A stretch of 54,700 nucleotides of DNA. It comes from a virus. Lineage: Duplodnaviria; Caudoviricetes. The position numbers and the translations under genes were made by a program. Shown in pieces: positions 26,607-36,730 of this stretch. Each line of letters begins with the position of its first letter. Positions within the stretch are counted from its first letter, which is position 1. Where the stretch lies: IMG/VR virus record IMGVR_UViG_3300028897_000119, positions 1-54,700 of that record, one strand, 5' to 3'. Under the pieces are notes generated by a model that saw only the letters and a program-made list of their open reading frames with translations, did no database searches and had not been told where the DNA came from.

Positions 26607-28459
26607 TGGCAAGGCTACCGACAGTTGAGGACTACGGCGCACGGCCAAGCCTGCGCTCGAATCGCATCGACTTACCCGACAAGAGCGGCGTCGAGCTGGC
26701 TGACGCGCTGAATCGTTCGATTGCCACGTTCGTCAACATGGCAGCCGAGAAAAAGCAAAAGAATGATCGGCTGCAATACGCGCTGGCGAAAAACGCACTC
26801 ATCGACGCCGAGCTCGAGGAGCGCGAGGCGCTCAAGGACGATCCCGATACCGAGACGCATGATCGTCGCTATCGGGAGGCCACTGCTCGCCGGCGAGAGG
26901 AGGTCTTTGGTCGGTACGCAATGGACCCGAGCGATCAGGAGCTACTGACCGCTGAGTCCGAGGTCATCTTCGAGCGTGGCGCAGTCTCCGTAAATGACCG
27001 CGCGCGTGAGGTGCGCAACGAAAAACGTCTCGTCGAGCTCGATGGCAACCTGCGTCGCAATGCCGAGCGCATTCGGCTGGCTGACCCGAACACCGCCAAT
27101 GATCTGATGTTTACGACGCTCGATCAGGTGGACGCGGCCGTTGAGCAAACTGGCCTCGATCCGCTCGAGGCCGAGAAGATGAAACAGGGTTTCGTGCAGG
27201 AGGTCGCCCAGGACCGGCTCACGGTCATGGATCCCGAGGTGCGCGTCAAGGAGCTCGAGCGATCGCTGATGACGCGGCGCACCGATGGGCCGATCACGCA
27301 GGAGGACATTCGCGAGGGCAAGGGCTCTGGTTCGATTGCTGACTTCCTGCCGGCAGACACGGTCAAGAAGATGCTCGATGCGACCAAGGAGGAGCTGAAA
27401 ACCGAGAACGTCAAAGGCGACGTCTACGACATCATCGACACGGTCACGCGCATGTATGGCGAGACCGATGCCGCGAGCCTGTCGCTGCGCAAGCGCAAGG
27501 CGCGCGAGATGCTCGATCGTAATGATCCTGATTACGCGCAAAAGCGTGACTTCCTCGAGATGGAGCTGACGCAGCGCAACAACGAGGACAAGGCTGTCGA
27601 TGAGATGGCGCGCGACGAGATCGTCACCACACTGTCGCAGGCCATCGAGGGCGGTGCGAGCTACGGTCAGCTCGACTCCGGCTTGCTGTCGCTACTCGAT
27701 GTGCCGACCAAGAATCAGCTCCGGGTGTACGCCGAGCGGTGGCAGGACAATGACGGCTTCGCCGAATCCACGAATGAGGATATGTATTACGCATGGACCC
27801 GGATGCCGCAGGGTCAGCGCGCCAAGCTGAATATCAACACGCCGGAGTGGAAAACGCAGTTCACGCGCGAGGACTGGAACAGGCTCGCGACTGAGCAAAA
27901 GGTCATTCAGGACGCGCAGGCGACCGGCAAGGATCCGAACATCTATCGCGGCGATCCCGATGACGAGGTGCTGCGCGGATTGCTGGTCGGTCCCTCCGGC
28001 ATGTTCAAGCGGGTGCCGCCTCCGGGCACCGCCGAATACGAGCGGTATCTGCGCATCGACACCGAGGTCAACAAGCGTCTCGTGGACGAGTCGCTGCGCA
28101 AGTACAACCAGACTGGCTCCGGCTACCTGTCGCCGCAGGAGGTCCGCGAGATCACTGCGCAGACCGTGGCTGAGCGCGTATTCGTGCGCGAGATCGGCAC
28201 CGATCCCGAGCGCGTCGCAGCCGGTCTCACCGAGGACGAGAAAAAGAAAGCCTACATCCCGATCGAAAAGGCTCAGGCTCAGATCGTGGATACCGATGGC
28301 CAGGGCCGTCCGCTGTCGTTCGCCGACTACGCTCGCAATCTGGCCGAGTCGGCCGGCAAGGAAATCGACGACAAGGACATCGAGGAGGCGTACTACTACT
28401 ACGTCACCGGCGACACTGCCGCCGCCAAGTCTCGGATCCTCGGCATAGGTGACTACTGA
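26606..28459 (+). CDS. Internal virion (ejection) protein
   Basis: MARLP start; helical and charged; gene position. Confidence 0.7.
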   Translation: MARLPTVEDYGARPSLRSNRIDLPDKSGVELADALNRSIATFVNMAAEKKQKNDRLQYALAKNALIDAELEEREALKDDPDTETHDRRYREATARRREEVFGRYAMDPSDQELLTAESEVIFERGAVSVNDRAREVRNEKRLVELDGNLRRNAERIRLADPNTANDLMFTTLDQVDAAVEQTGLDPLEAEKMKQGFVQEVAQDRLTVMDPEVRVKELERSLMTRRTDGPITQEDIREGKGSGSIADFLPADTVKKMLDATKEELKTENVKGDVYDIIDTVTRMYGETDAASLSLRKRKAREMLDRNDPDYAQKRDFLEMELTQRNNEDKAVDEMARDEIVTTLSQAIEGGASYGQLDSGLLSLLDVPTKNQLRVYAERWQDNDGFAESTNEDMYYAWTRMPQGQRAKLNINTPEWKTQFTREDWNRLATEQKVIQDAQATGKDPNIYRGDPDDEVLRGLLVGPSGMFKRVPPPGTAEYERYLRIDTEVNKRLVDESLRKYNQTGSGYLSPQEVREITAQTVAERVFVREIGTDPERVAAGLTEDEKKKAYIPIEKAQAQIVDTDGQGRPLSFADYARNLAESAGKEIDDKDIEEAYYYYVTGDTAAAKSRILGIGDY

Positions 28460-31038
28460 TGCCCGAGAGCTACCTCCCCGAGCTCCGCGACTACTCCGAG
28501 GTCAAGCGGGAGGAGGAGCAGCGCCAGCGGCTCGCGGCCGGTAACGCGGTCAACGTCGAGCCGAACCGCGCCTCGAGGATCCTCGAGCTCGGTGGGCAGA
28601 CTGGTTTGCCGCTCGAGGTCATCGACGCTGACTTCGACAATATCAGTCAGCTCGTCGAGATGCGGAAGTTCGACCCCGATCAGTACCGCGACAGCAATCC
28701 GAAGTGGCTCGAGTTTGCGGCCGACAATCCGTATCACCTTTCCGTGCTCAAGGCCGACAAGGAGAACCTCACGCGCATGGAGCGCGCCTTTCGGCCGATT
28801 CAGCAGGCGTGGCATCACTCGTGGGCAATGCAGGAGCTCGGCGAGATTGGCGCCCGCCAGCAGGAAGGTGTGTTTCTTCCCGGTGACGAGGAGCGCATCA
28901 AGGAGCTCAAGAAGTATAGCGTTGACCACGATTTCGACACCTCCGGCATTCACTCGCTGGTCGTTGCGCTGACCAAGCAATCGGCGAATTTCATTGGCGC
29001 GTGGGAGTCGGGCGCGAAAGGCGCAATGGTCGGCGGCACTGTGGGCGCCACGACTGGCGCCATCACTGGCGGCACGATCTTTCCGGTCGTCGGCGCGGGC
29101 CCCGGCATGTTGGCCGGCTGGTCAAGCGGCCTGACGATCGGCTTCGGTGCCGGCGCATTCAGCTACTCAGAGACGCAGGAGGGCGGTCATGCCTACCTAG
29201 AATATCGAGAGATGGGTTTCAGTCACGAGGACGCAGCCTGGGCCGCGACCATTGTCGGCAATCTCGGCGGTGCGGCCGAAGCCCTTGGCGGCGGCGTATT
29301 GCTGTCAAAGCTGCCGGGGATCAGGGAGATCAAAGGTCAGCTCGCCAAGGAGGTCGTTGCAGACGCGCTCAAGCGCAAGACGTTCCGCGACGCCGTGTGG
29401 CAGGGCACCAAGGATTTCGGCATCGGCATGACGTCCGAGATCGCGACTGAGATCTTTCAGGAGTCGGTGACGATGGCCGGCGGTGAGGCCCTCAAGTACA
29501 TGAACGATCGCGACGACTACCTGACCCGCGAGCAGGTTATCGAGCGCATCGGCGCCATTGCAGCCGAGACCATGAAAAGCACGGTGCTGCTTGCCGGCGC
29601 CGGCGGCACCACCACCATCATCCGTGACGGCATGAAAGCGCGCCGCGCGAAACAGATGGAGCTCGTGTATCAGGCACTCGGCGACTCGGCCGAAGCGTCA
29701 CGGCTGCGGCAGGAGGTGCCGAAAACCTATCAGGACTTCGTCAGCCGCGTGACGGCCGATGGCGATGTGCAATCGCTGCATGTCGATGTCGAGCAGTTCG
29801 ATCAATACTGGCAGGAGAAGGGCCACGATCCTGACGAGGTGGCGGCGCATCTCAACGTCAAGAAGGAAGATATTGAGCTGGCGCGCGAACGCGGCGGCAC
29901 GGTTGAGATCCCGATAAACGACTACGCCACGAAAATAGCTGGAACCGAGCATCACCAGTTTTTCCAGAAGCACATCACCAGCGACCCCGAGACGCAGATG
30001 TCGGCGCACGAGGCCGATCTCTACGATAAAAACAAGCCAGCCATGATCTCCGAGCTCGAGGAGCTGGCGGCGAAGATCCTCGATCCTGAGCAGGATGTCG
30101 ATGAGCAGATCATCAACGATGTCGTGAACCAGCTTGTCGCCACGGATGCGTTCGACCCGCAGACGGCCAGGACAACGGCCGAGATCATGCGCGGCATTCC
30201 GAATCTGGCGCGTCGCGCCGGCGAGGATCCGATGCAGCTCTACAAGCAATTCTTTGGTGGAGTGCGTCGGGTTCTCGCTGACGCACATACCGACAAGGAC
30301 ATCGACGCCTATGTAGATCCGTACATCAACATGCTGCGGGAGGGCACCGGCCCCAAGGAGCAAGACTTGTTCGGCACCAGACTGAGCGAGTTCCTGCGCA
30401 AAGCTGGCGGTGTCATGGACGAGGGTGGCGAATTGTCGGCTATGGACGCCGGTAAGGCGATCAGGGGGCTGGTGAAGCGGGACGGCATGACATTGGCCAC
30501 GGCAGCGGAAAAGGCCGCTGAGGCGGGCTACATTGCGTCACGCGACGAGAACCTGCTCGTGGAGGCCATACGGGACGAGATCGGCGGTAAGCCCGTTCTC
30601 GGGCCTGACGCTGACCCGCAGGCGATGGAGATGCAGCGGCGTCTCGATGAGCTCGAGGCGCTCATTGGCGAGGCCGGCCTCGATCTGAACACCATGACCA
30701 ATGCGGAGGTGCGTGAGGCACTCGATGCGCTCGACACCTTCGATCAGATGGACGATCTCAGCTTTCAGCAGCTCGTCGAGCTGGTTGGCCTGCTCGACTC
30801 CGTGGATACGATGCAGGACGAGCAATACGGTGTGGACCACCTCGTGCAGCAGGTAATGGACCACATGCCCGATATTTGGGAGCGGCAGGACTTTGGCGAT
30901 TTAACATTTACTGATAGAGTTCGCGTCAGGGAAACGGGCAAGGTGGCTGAATTGAAAGTTGCTGCACAACGGAGATTTGACGCAGCAGTTGAGCGTCGAA
31001 ACTTGCTCAAAAAGCTGCGAGATTGCGTAAGTGGCTGA
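28459..31038 (+). CDS. Internal virion (ejection) protein with Gly-rich membrane-insertion segment
   Basis: GAMVGGTVGATTGA...; E..TE..QE motif; C-terminal LRDCVSG. Confidence 0.75.
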   Translation: MPESYLPELRDYSEVKREEEQRQRLAAGNAVNVEPNRASRILELGGQTGLPLEVIDADFDNISQLVEMRKFDPDQYRDSNPKWLEFAADNPYHLSVLKADKENLTRMERAFRPIQQAWHHSWAMQELGEIGARQQEGVFLPGDEERIKELKKYSVDHDFDTSGIHSLVVALTKQSANFIGAWESGAKGAMVGGTVGATTGAITGGTIFPVVGAGPGMLAGWSSGLTIGFGAGAFSYSETQEGGHAYLEYREMGFSHEDAAWAATIVGNLGGAAEALGGGVLLSKLPGIREIKGQLAKEVVADALKRKTFRDAVWQGTKDFGIGMTSEIATEIFQESVTMAGGEALKYMNDRDDYLTREQVIERIGAIAAETMKSTVLLAGAGGTTTIIRDGMKARRAKQMELVYQALGDSAEASRLRQEVPKTYQDFVSRVTADGDVQSLHVDVEQFDQYWQEKGHDPDEVAAHLNVKKEDIELARERGGTVEIPINDYATKIAGTEHHQFFQKHITSDPETQMSAHEADLYDKNKPAMISELEELAAKILDPEQDVDEQIINDVVNQLVATDAFDPQTARTTAEIMRGIPNLARRAGEDPMQLYKQFFGGVRRVLADAHTDKDIDAYVDPYINMLREGTGPKEQDLFGTRLSEFLRKAGGVMDEGGELSAMDAGKAIRGLVKRDGMTLATAAEKAAEAGYIASRDENLLVEAIRDEIGGKPVLGPDADPQAMEMQRRLDELEALIGEAGLDLNTMTNAEVREALDALDTFDQMDDLSFQQLVELVGLLDSVDTMQDEQYGVDHLVQQVMDHMPDIWERQDFGDLTFTDRVRVRETGKVAELKVAAQRRFDAAVERRNLLKKLRDCVSG

Positions 31039-31432
31039 AAAGACTATCTCTCTGCGGGAGCTCGATGAGCTCGAGGAAGATGGCGCTGAGGTCGAATACG
31101 AGCGCGAAATCACCAAGATCGAGCAGTTCGACCAGCTTGTCGATAAACTTGACAGGCTCATCGCAGCCCAGGAGGAGCGCGCCCGCGCCGATCTTGCCCG
31201 CTCACAGACTCAGCTCGAGGTGCTGGCAACCCTGCAAGCACTGATTCGTGACAAGCGACTGAATAATGCAGTCGTGAATGTTGACCTGACTCCCCTCCGC
31301 TCCGTGCTAGAGGAAATTCAGGCGGCCCAGGAGCATCGCTCTCGGGTCGCCTATTTTTTCGATGTGAAGCGGGACGGCAGGGGCTACATAGATTCAATCA
31401 CTGCTCAGCCAAGAGGCGAGACACTAAACTAG
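31031..31432 (+). CDS. Coiled-coil protein ending RDGRGYI; gene 1 of inserted cassette
   Basis: Coupled ORF. Confidence 0.7.
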   Translation: MAEKTISLRELDELEEDGAEVEYEREITKIEQFDQLVDKLDRLIAAQEERARADLARSQTQLEVLATLQALIRDKRLNNAVVNVDLTPLRSVLEEIQAAQEHRSRVAYFFDVKRDGRGYIDSITAQPRGETLN

Positions 31433-31442
31433 GGGTTCAAGG

Positions 31443-33863
31443 ATGACCGTTTACTACAACGTGACCTACAGCAACCGCGCCGGCGGTAGCTTTGTGGAGG
31501 AGGGAGCCTTTGTCACATGGAATGCTGGCGCCGACTCCGGTTTCATCGTCTCCGACATTCCGGGCGTTCCGACGACGACCGGCAAGCTGGCCATTGCCAT
31601 CATCGACGGCTCAATCCCGCCGGATGCCGCCGACACGCTGACGCAGGGAGCTGTGACGGCTGACGTCGATACCTCGAATCTCCTGCTCTATCCCGCGTAC
31701 CTGCGCGATGACGTTTCGGTCACAGACACGGCCGGCGACATCGACATCGCGTGGACCGGCCCCGCCATCGGGGCAACGCACAGTTTCCTGTTCGACGGAC
31801 AGACGTCGAACGTGGTTGCCGGCGAGATCCTCACGTTCTCCGGCGGCCAGCAGGCCGAAGTCATCACGGTAGTCTCTGACGCTGGCGCGACCGGCGAGCT
31901 CGACGTCCGCTTCATCACCGAGATCGACACCTTTGGCCTGCCGGTCAACAACGACACATTCACTGGCGACATCGCTGGTGACGGCACGGTCAACGGTGAG
32001 GTGCATCCTCGCGGCTACACGCCGCTCGAGCTGCATCGCTTCCTGTCGGATCTCAACGATGACGAGACCATCGCGGGTGACGACGATCTTTCGATGATCG
32101 ACCCGACCGCGACGGATCGGCAGACCGACCAGATCATCCGACTGCTTGGCTTGGTGACGATCAACGATACGGTCGCGCAGCATATGTACGGCGGCTCGGT
32201 GGAGCAGGGCTCGGGCAACACGCGCACCCTGTACTCGGGCCTTGGCGTACAGGTGACGACGCCGCTGACGACGACGCGGCCGATCCTCATTCAAGAGGAC
32301 GCGATCATCACCGACTACTGGAACAACGCCTACTTCCCCGATTCGGTATCCGGCAAGGTCCGAATTCTGGTCAAGACGATCGAGAATGGCGTCGCTATCG
32401 ACGGCCAGCGCATCAAGGGCAAGCTGCTCGAATATGGCGAGTCCTACTTCGAGGGCTTCACGACAGTCGGCACCGCCGAAACGTCGCTCGCCCTGTTCTC
32501 CTCGGGCGACTCGAACAACAACACGGCAGCCGGCACGGTTGCAGGCGCGCCGTACAACACGATTGTTGTCACCGAGGGCTACCAGACGCTCGACTTCAAC
32601 GAGGGTTCGGGCCCGACACCTTTCGGCCTGTCGATCGACTTCGGCTCAGCGAGTGCGCTGCAGACTTACGAGCGCACCAAGTACATTCAGCGCCGTGGCA
32701 CGGCCGAGACGCTGTTCGGTCGCAACGCTCAGCTATTCACCGGCTTCAATCGCAACTTTGCGTATGACGGCGAGACCGCCAATCTGACCGAGCCCGAGGT
32801 TCTGGCCTACGGCACCGAGATCCCGTACACCGGCGGCAGCGGCACACTGGTCACTGAGGGCGAGGTGGTCGAGGGTGCCGGCGGTGCTCGAGGTCGCGTC
32901 ATCTACGTCGATGATACGGCTGGCACTGGCACGATCATCGTTGCCGACCCGTTCGGGCAGTTCAACAACACCGAGGCGATCACGACGCTGCGCGGTGCTG
33001 GCGAATGGACGGCTACGACCGGCACGGTAGTCAACAACACGGCCAGCGGTCAGATCCTCCTGCTCGCACTCGACGACCAGGGTACGACCGGCAACGTCTA
33101 CGGGCAGCAGCTCACCGGCGTTGTGCCGCTCGACAATCAGACGCTTTTCGGCAAGACGTCCGGCAATCAGATCGACGTCAACGGTGCAGTCGCTACGCGA
33201 ACGATCAACAACCAGTTCGTCGGCAACTTCACCGGCACAAACTTCCAGACCAATTTCGGTATTGCCATCGACCCGAGCGACGCGATCGCCGGCGACAGCT
33301 TCCCGAACCTGCTCGAAGTCACGATTCAGCCGCCGGACAATCGCTCTGGCACAGTCACAAACCTTGTCATCGGCGACCGCATCTCGGTTTATCCGTGGGA
33401 CGGTGCCTCGCTCGACGTCAACGGCGATGCCGAGCCCAACTTCGACGAGATGACGATTACCGCCGGCGTGACTGGCGGCGTATCGACGACCGTTGTGGTA
33501 GGCGCAGGCAACATCCCGAACAACACGCCGGCGGCCGGCTTCCTGCGGCTCGAGCGTGACTCCGATGGCAACTACGATCTGCTCGAGTACAGCTCCTACA
33601 CCAACACGACCGGCACGTTCACGCTGGTAGGCACGGCTCCGAATACAGCGACCATCGGCAATAACCTGATGCGCGCGCTGATTGACAAGGAGCACGTTTC
33701 TGGCAGCGGCAACGAAAGCTACACCGCTACGTGGACTAACCCTGGCGAGCAGGTAGCCGTCACGGTGCGTCGTGGAGGCTCGCCGAATCCGATCAAGACG
33801 TTCAAGACGACGACCACTTTTGGCCCGTTCTCCGTCTCGACGATTCGGACACCGGATGAGTGA
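31443..33863 (+). CDS. Large Thr/Gly/Asp-rich beta-strand virion protein; cassette gene 2
   Basis: 806 aa; composition typical of fibres and appendages. Confidence 0.7.
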   Translation: MTVYYNVTYSNRAGGSFVEEGAFVTWNAGADSGFIVSDIPGVPTTTGKLAIAIIDGSIPPDAADTLTQGAVTADVDTSNLLLYPAYLRDDVSVTDTAGDIDIAWTGPAIGATHSFLFDGQTSNVVAGEILTFSGGQQAEVITVVSDAGATGELDVRFITEIDTFGLPVNNDTFTGDIAGDGTVNGEVHPRGYTPLELHRFLSDLNDDETIAGDDDLSMIDPTATDRQTDQIIRLLGLVTINDTVAQHMYGGSVEQGSGNTRTLYSGLGVQVTTPLTTTRPILIQEDAIITDYWNNAYFPDSVSGKVRILVKTIENGVAIDGQRIKGKLLEYGESYFEGFTTVGTAETSLALFSSGDSNNNTAAGTVAGAPYNTIVVTEGYQTLDFNEGSGPTPFGLSIDFGSASALQTYERTKYIQRRGTAETLFGRNAQLFTGFNRNFAYDGETANLTEPEVLAYGTEIPYTGGSGTLVTEGEVVEGAGGARGRVIYVDDTAGTGTIIVADPFGQFNNTEAITTLRGAGEWTATTGTVVNNTASGQILLLALDDQGTTGNVYGQQLTGVVPLDNQTLFGKTSGNQIDVNGAVATRTINNQFVGNFTGTNFQTNFGIAIDPSDAIAGDSFPNLLEVTIQPPDNRSGTVTNLVIGDRISVYPWDGASLDVNGDAEPNFDEMTITAGVTGGVSTTVVVGAGNIPNNTPAAGFLRLERDSDGNYDLLEYSSYTNTTGTFTLVGTAPNTATIGNNLMRALIDKEHVSGSGNESYTATWTNPGEQVAVTVRRGGSPNPIKTFKTTTTFGPFSVSTIRTPDE

Positions 33864-34258
33864 TTGTTGTTGGCGTATGGGAGTCTGGTTTCACCGATGA
33901 GCAGCTATTCGTCGAGTGGCGCATGTGGAAACAGACGATCGCCGCCTACCAGATTAAGGATTGGCGCATGGTCGGAAATGTACCGGGGTGCGGCGCGTAT
34001 CGAGAATTCGACAGGATTGCAGATGCGATAGCCGACATCGACGAGGAGCGCAGGATCTTTCTGATTCCCGGCGCTCGGGAGACGATTGACGAGATCCAGC
34101 CGGTGAAAAATCCGGCTGTGATCTTCGGCAATTACGATGAGAACCTCCGTCGCTACGTGACGCCGGCCGCACAGGCCGCGCGCATCTCAACACCGCAGGA
34201 CACAGATATGTTTGCCGCAGCATGTCTGCCGCTGGTGCTCGATAGGGTGTGTCGATGA
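33860..34258 (+). CDS. Putative SPOUT (TrmH/TrmL-like) methyltransferase-fold protein; cassette gene 3
   Basis: AVIFGN.DENL...ARISTP...DMFAAACLPLVL resembles the SPOUT knot motif. Confidence 0.45.
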   Translation: MIVVGVWESGFTDEQLFVEWRMWKQTIAAYQIKDWRMVGNVPGCGAYREFDRIADAIADIDEERRIFLIPGARETIDEIQPVKNPAVIFGNYDENLRRYVTPAAQAARISTPQDTDMFAAACLPLVLDRVCR

Positions 34259-35916
34259 GCACGGATCTCCGCACTGAAATCAACGACTGCGAAGATGTCT
34301 CAGTTACATTTTCGACATCCGGCGGCGCACTCGCTGATGAGCCTCTGGCCGGTCAGTTTTACGAGGGTACTCAGGCTGTCAGGGCGCAGCACTCGAACAA
34401 CGACGACGAGCTCTACACGACGACCGACTCCGGTGGCACTGGCCTGAATATAGATCTCAGTGACGCCACGGCCTACGTGCTTCTCAAGGACGCATTGCCG
34501 CAGACATTTGCGAATCGTGGGGTGCAGATCCTTCTTGGCGACGGCACCGATCGCATCGGCTATTCCGTTGGTGGCAACGATGCACAGGGAATGCCTGTTG
34601 GTCCGTTCTTCAACGTCTATAAGCTCGATGTTTCAGAGATCGTCGCAGCGCCGGGAACAAACTTTGCGGTCTATGCCGGTAGCGAGGCGAACCTCGACCA
34701 GACGGCTGTAACTCAATTCGGTATCGGCACATTCCACAACGCCAAGGCCCAGGGTAACGTCGCGAACCTAGCCCTCGATCGCATGACGTATCACGCCAAT
34801 GGCAGCTATGCGTTGCGCATCAATGGCGGCACGGTCGGCACTCCCGAGACGATGGCCGATGTGCAGGGCGACGATGTCACAAACGGGTGGGGCATGGTCG
34901 CCAATCCAGTCGGCGAATCGTATTGGTTCTTTGCGCCTACTGAGTGGGGTGAGCCGACAGCCAATGCTGATGCGTATTTTTCAGCCGCAAATGAGCAGTG
35001 GTTTTGGGTTGGCGATAACGCTGGCGGCCGCGCTGTAGGTGCGACGCACTTTCCGTTTCGGGTTGTCGGCAATGCCACTGACACGATCAGCTTCGTGCTC
35101 GACAACGTGGTCATCGTCAATACCGGGACGCGCGCTCAGTTCGATATGTCGAGCGCCGATGTCAATACGCTGCAGCTCGATTCAGTCACGTTCACCGATC
35201 TAGGTGCTATCACTTTCCCGGCGAACACCGCGAGCAAGTACGCCAATGACTGCATTTTCAATAACTGCGATCAGGTGTATTTCGAGGATCTCACTTGCAA
35301 TCGGCTGACGTTCAACGGCTCGAATGATGCCAATGGTGCGATTCTGTGGGATGGCAATTCCGATCCCTCCGCGCAAGACAACATCACGCTGAATTCCGAT
35401 GGCACTGGCTACGGTATTCAGATCAACCTCAACACGGCCAGCCTGACGACATTCAATATCGACGGCTATGAGGTAAATGGTTACGAGACGACCAGTGGCG
35501 GTTCCACGGGAAACACGGTCTTTTTCATCGACAATGCCTTGGATGGCGATGTCACCATCAACATCACAAACGGCGTCGGCACTTTCAGCTACGAGGTAGC
35601 CGGCGGCTATACAGGCACGGTCACGATCAACCAGACGGTGACGGTCACAATCACGGTGCTCGATACTGAGGGTAGCCCGATCGAGGGTGCCAAGGTGTTC
35701 CTCGAGACGACTCCGGGCGGTGTCGATGTCATCACCTACGGCATCACCAATGCGAGCGGTCAGGTATCAGCGAGCTATGCCGGCTCGACGCCGCAGGCGG
35801 TCACTGGTTACGTGCGCAAGGGCACGGCATCGCCGGTCTACAAGGCGGCCAACATCAACGACACCATCGGCGCGGGAGGGCTTGCTGCGACGATTACCCT
35901 GGTGAGTGACGAGTAA
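34255..35916 (+). CDS. Beta-helix-like virion protein with C-terminal Ig/carboxypeptidase-regulatory-like domain; cassette gene 4
   Basis: DCIFNNC and LTFNG stacking motifs; VLDTEGSPIEGAKV...TNASGQV. Confidence 0.65.
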   Translation: MSTDLRTEINDCEDVSVTFSTSGGALADEPLAGQFYEGTQAVRAQHSNNDDELYTTTDSGGTGLNIDLSDATAYVLLKDALPQTFANRGVQILLGDGTDRIGYSVGGNDAQGMPVGPFFNVYKLDVSEIVAAPGTNFAVYAGSEANLDQTAVTQFGIGTFHNAKAQGNVANLALDRMTYHANGSYALRINGGTVGTPETMADVQGDDVTNGWGMVANPVGESYWFFAPTEWGEPTANADAYFSAANEQWFWVGDNAGGRAVGATHFPFRVVGNATDTISFVLDNVVIVNTGTRAQFDMSSADVNTLQLDSVTFTDLGAITFPANTASKYANDCIFNNCDQVYFEDLTCNRLTFNGSNDANGAILWDGNSDPSAQDNITLNSDGTGYGIQINLNTASLTTFNIDGYEVNGYETTSGGSTGNTVFFIDNALDGDVTINITNGVGTFSYEVAGGYTGTVTINQTVTVTITVLDTEGSPIEGAKVFLETTPGGVDVITYGITNASGQVSASYAGSTPQAVTGYVRKGTASPVYKAANINDTIGAGGLAATITLVSDE

Positions 35917-36503
35917 TGGCTATCAGTGTCGATCCGATCACCGGCGAGATCTTCGTTCCTCGCGCGGACATGCCGATCATTCAGGCATCGCCGGAGGTTC
36001 GGCAGCTCGACACAGTGCAGTTCTGGCGAGATCTCAAGGATTGGGAAAAGTCGGTCGATGGAATTCCGTGGCCTGACACGCAGCAAAACTTTCCGTCCTA
36101 CACGATTTCCGGCTTCACCTACGCTCAGGCGTTCCTGATTATCCCGCCGTATTTCGTCAGGTTTGAGGACGGTCAGTACGGTGTCGCCCTGCAGGGCACC
36201 AACAACAACATCCTCGATGTCGCAGCCTCGAATCAGGTGCGCATCCTGTCGCAGAATTCCGGCGGCTTGATTGAGGGTCGGATCTCTGATGCGGACATCG
36301 CCAACATCTTCAACTACGTCATCGAGAACAACGAGACGTTCGCTGAGCAGATGAGGCTGATTCGTGCTGATGCCGCCGGCCGCGTGGTACAGGCTGGTGA
36401 CGGCAGCTATGCGATCAGGGATGCCGCTGACAGCAAGAATCGAATCGAGGGCGATGACGCGGTCAACGGTGGCCGTGACATCACCAACACGGACGGCACA
36501 TGA
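35916..36503 (+). CDS. Conserved phage protein; cassette gene 5
   Basis: Coupled ORF, 195 aa. Confidence 0.7.
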   Translation: MAISVDPITGEIFVPRADMPIIQASPEVRQLDTVQFWRDLKDWEKSVDGIPWPDTQQNFPSYTISGFTYAQAFLIIPPYFVRFEDGQYGVALQGTNNNILDVAASNQVRILSQNSGGLIEGRISDADIANIFNYVIENNETFAEQMRLIRADAAGRVVQAGDGSYAIRDAADSKNRIEGDDAVNGGRDITNTDGT

Positions 36504-36730
36504 GTAGCCACTATGAAAGCTCTCATTACGGTGCAAGCCACTACCTGTCGAGCCACTTCGGCAGGACTGGTGTCACGCCGCCGGTGCCGCCGATCACGCC
36601 TGAGCCTACCTACCCGCCGGGGATGGGGGAGGCTGAGCAGCTCAGGCATAGGCGTATATTGCAAGAGGACGAGCTGCTCATCGCACTGGTGACGGCGTTC
36701 CTTGATGTGAAGGACAACGATGGCGGTTAG
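36500..36730 (+). CDS. Small protein with four xSH(Y/F) pentapeptide repeats; cassette gene 6
   Basis: MSSHY ESSHY GASHY LSSHF; ATGA coupling. Confidence 0.7.
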   Translation: MSSHYESSHYGASHYLSSHFGRTGVTPPVPPITPEPTYPPGMGEAEQLRHRRILQEDELLIALVTAFLDVKDNDGG

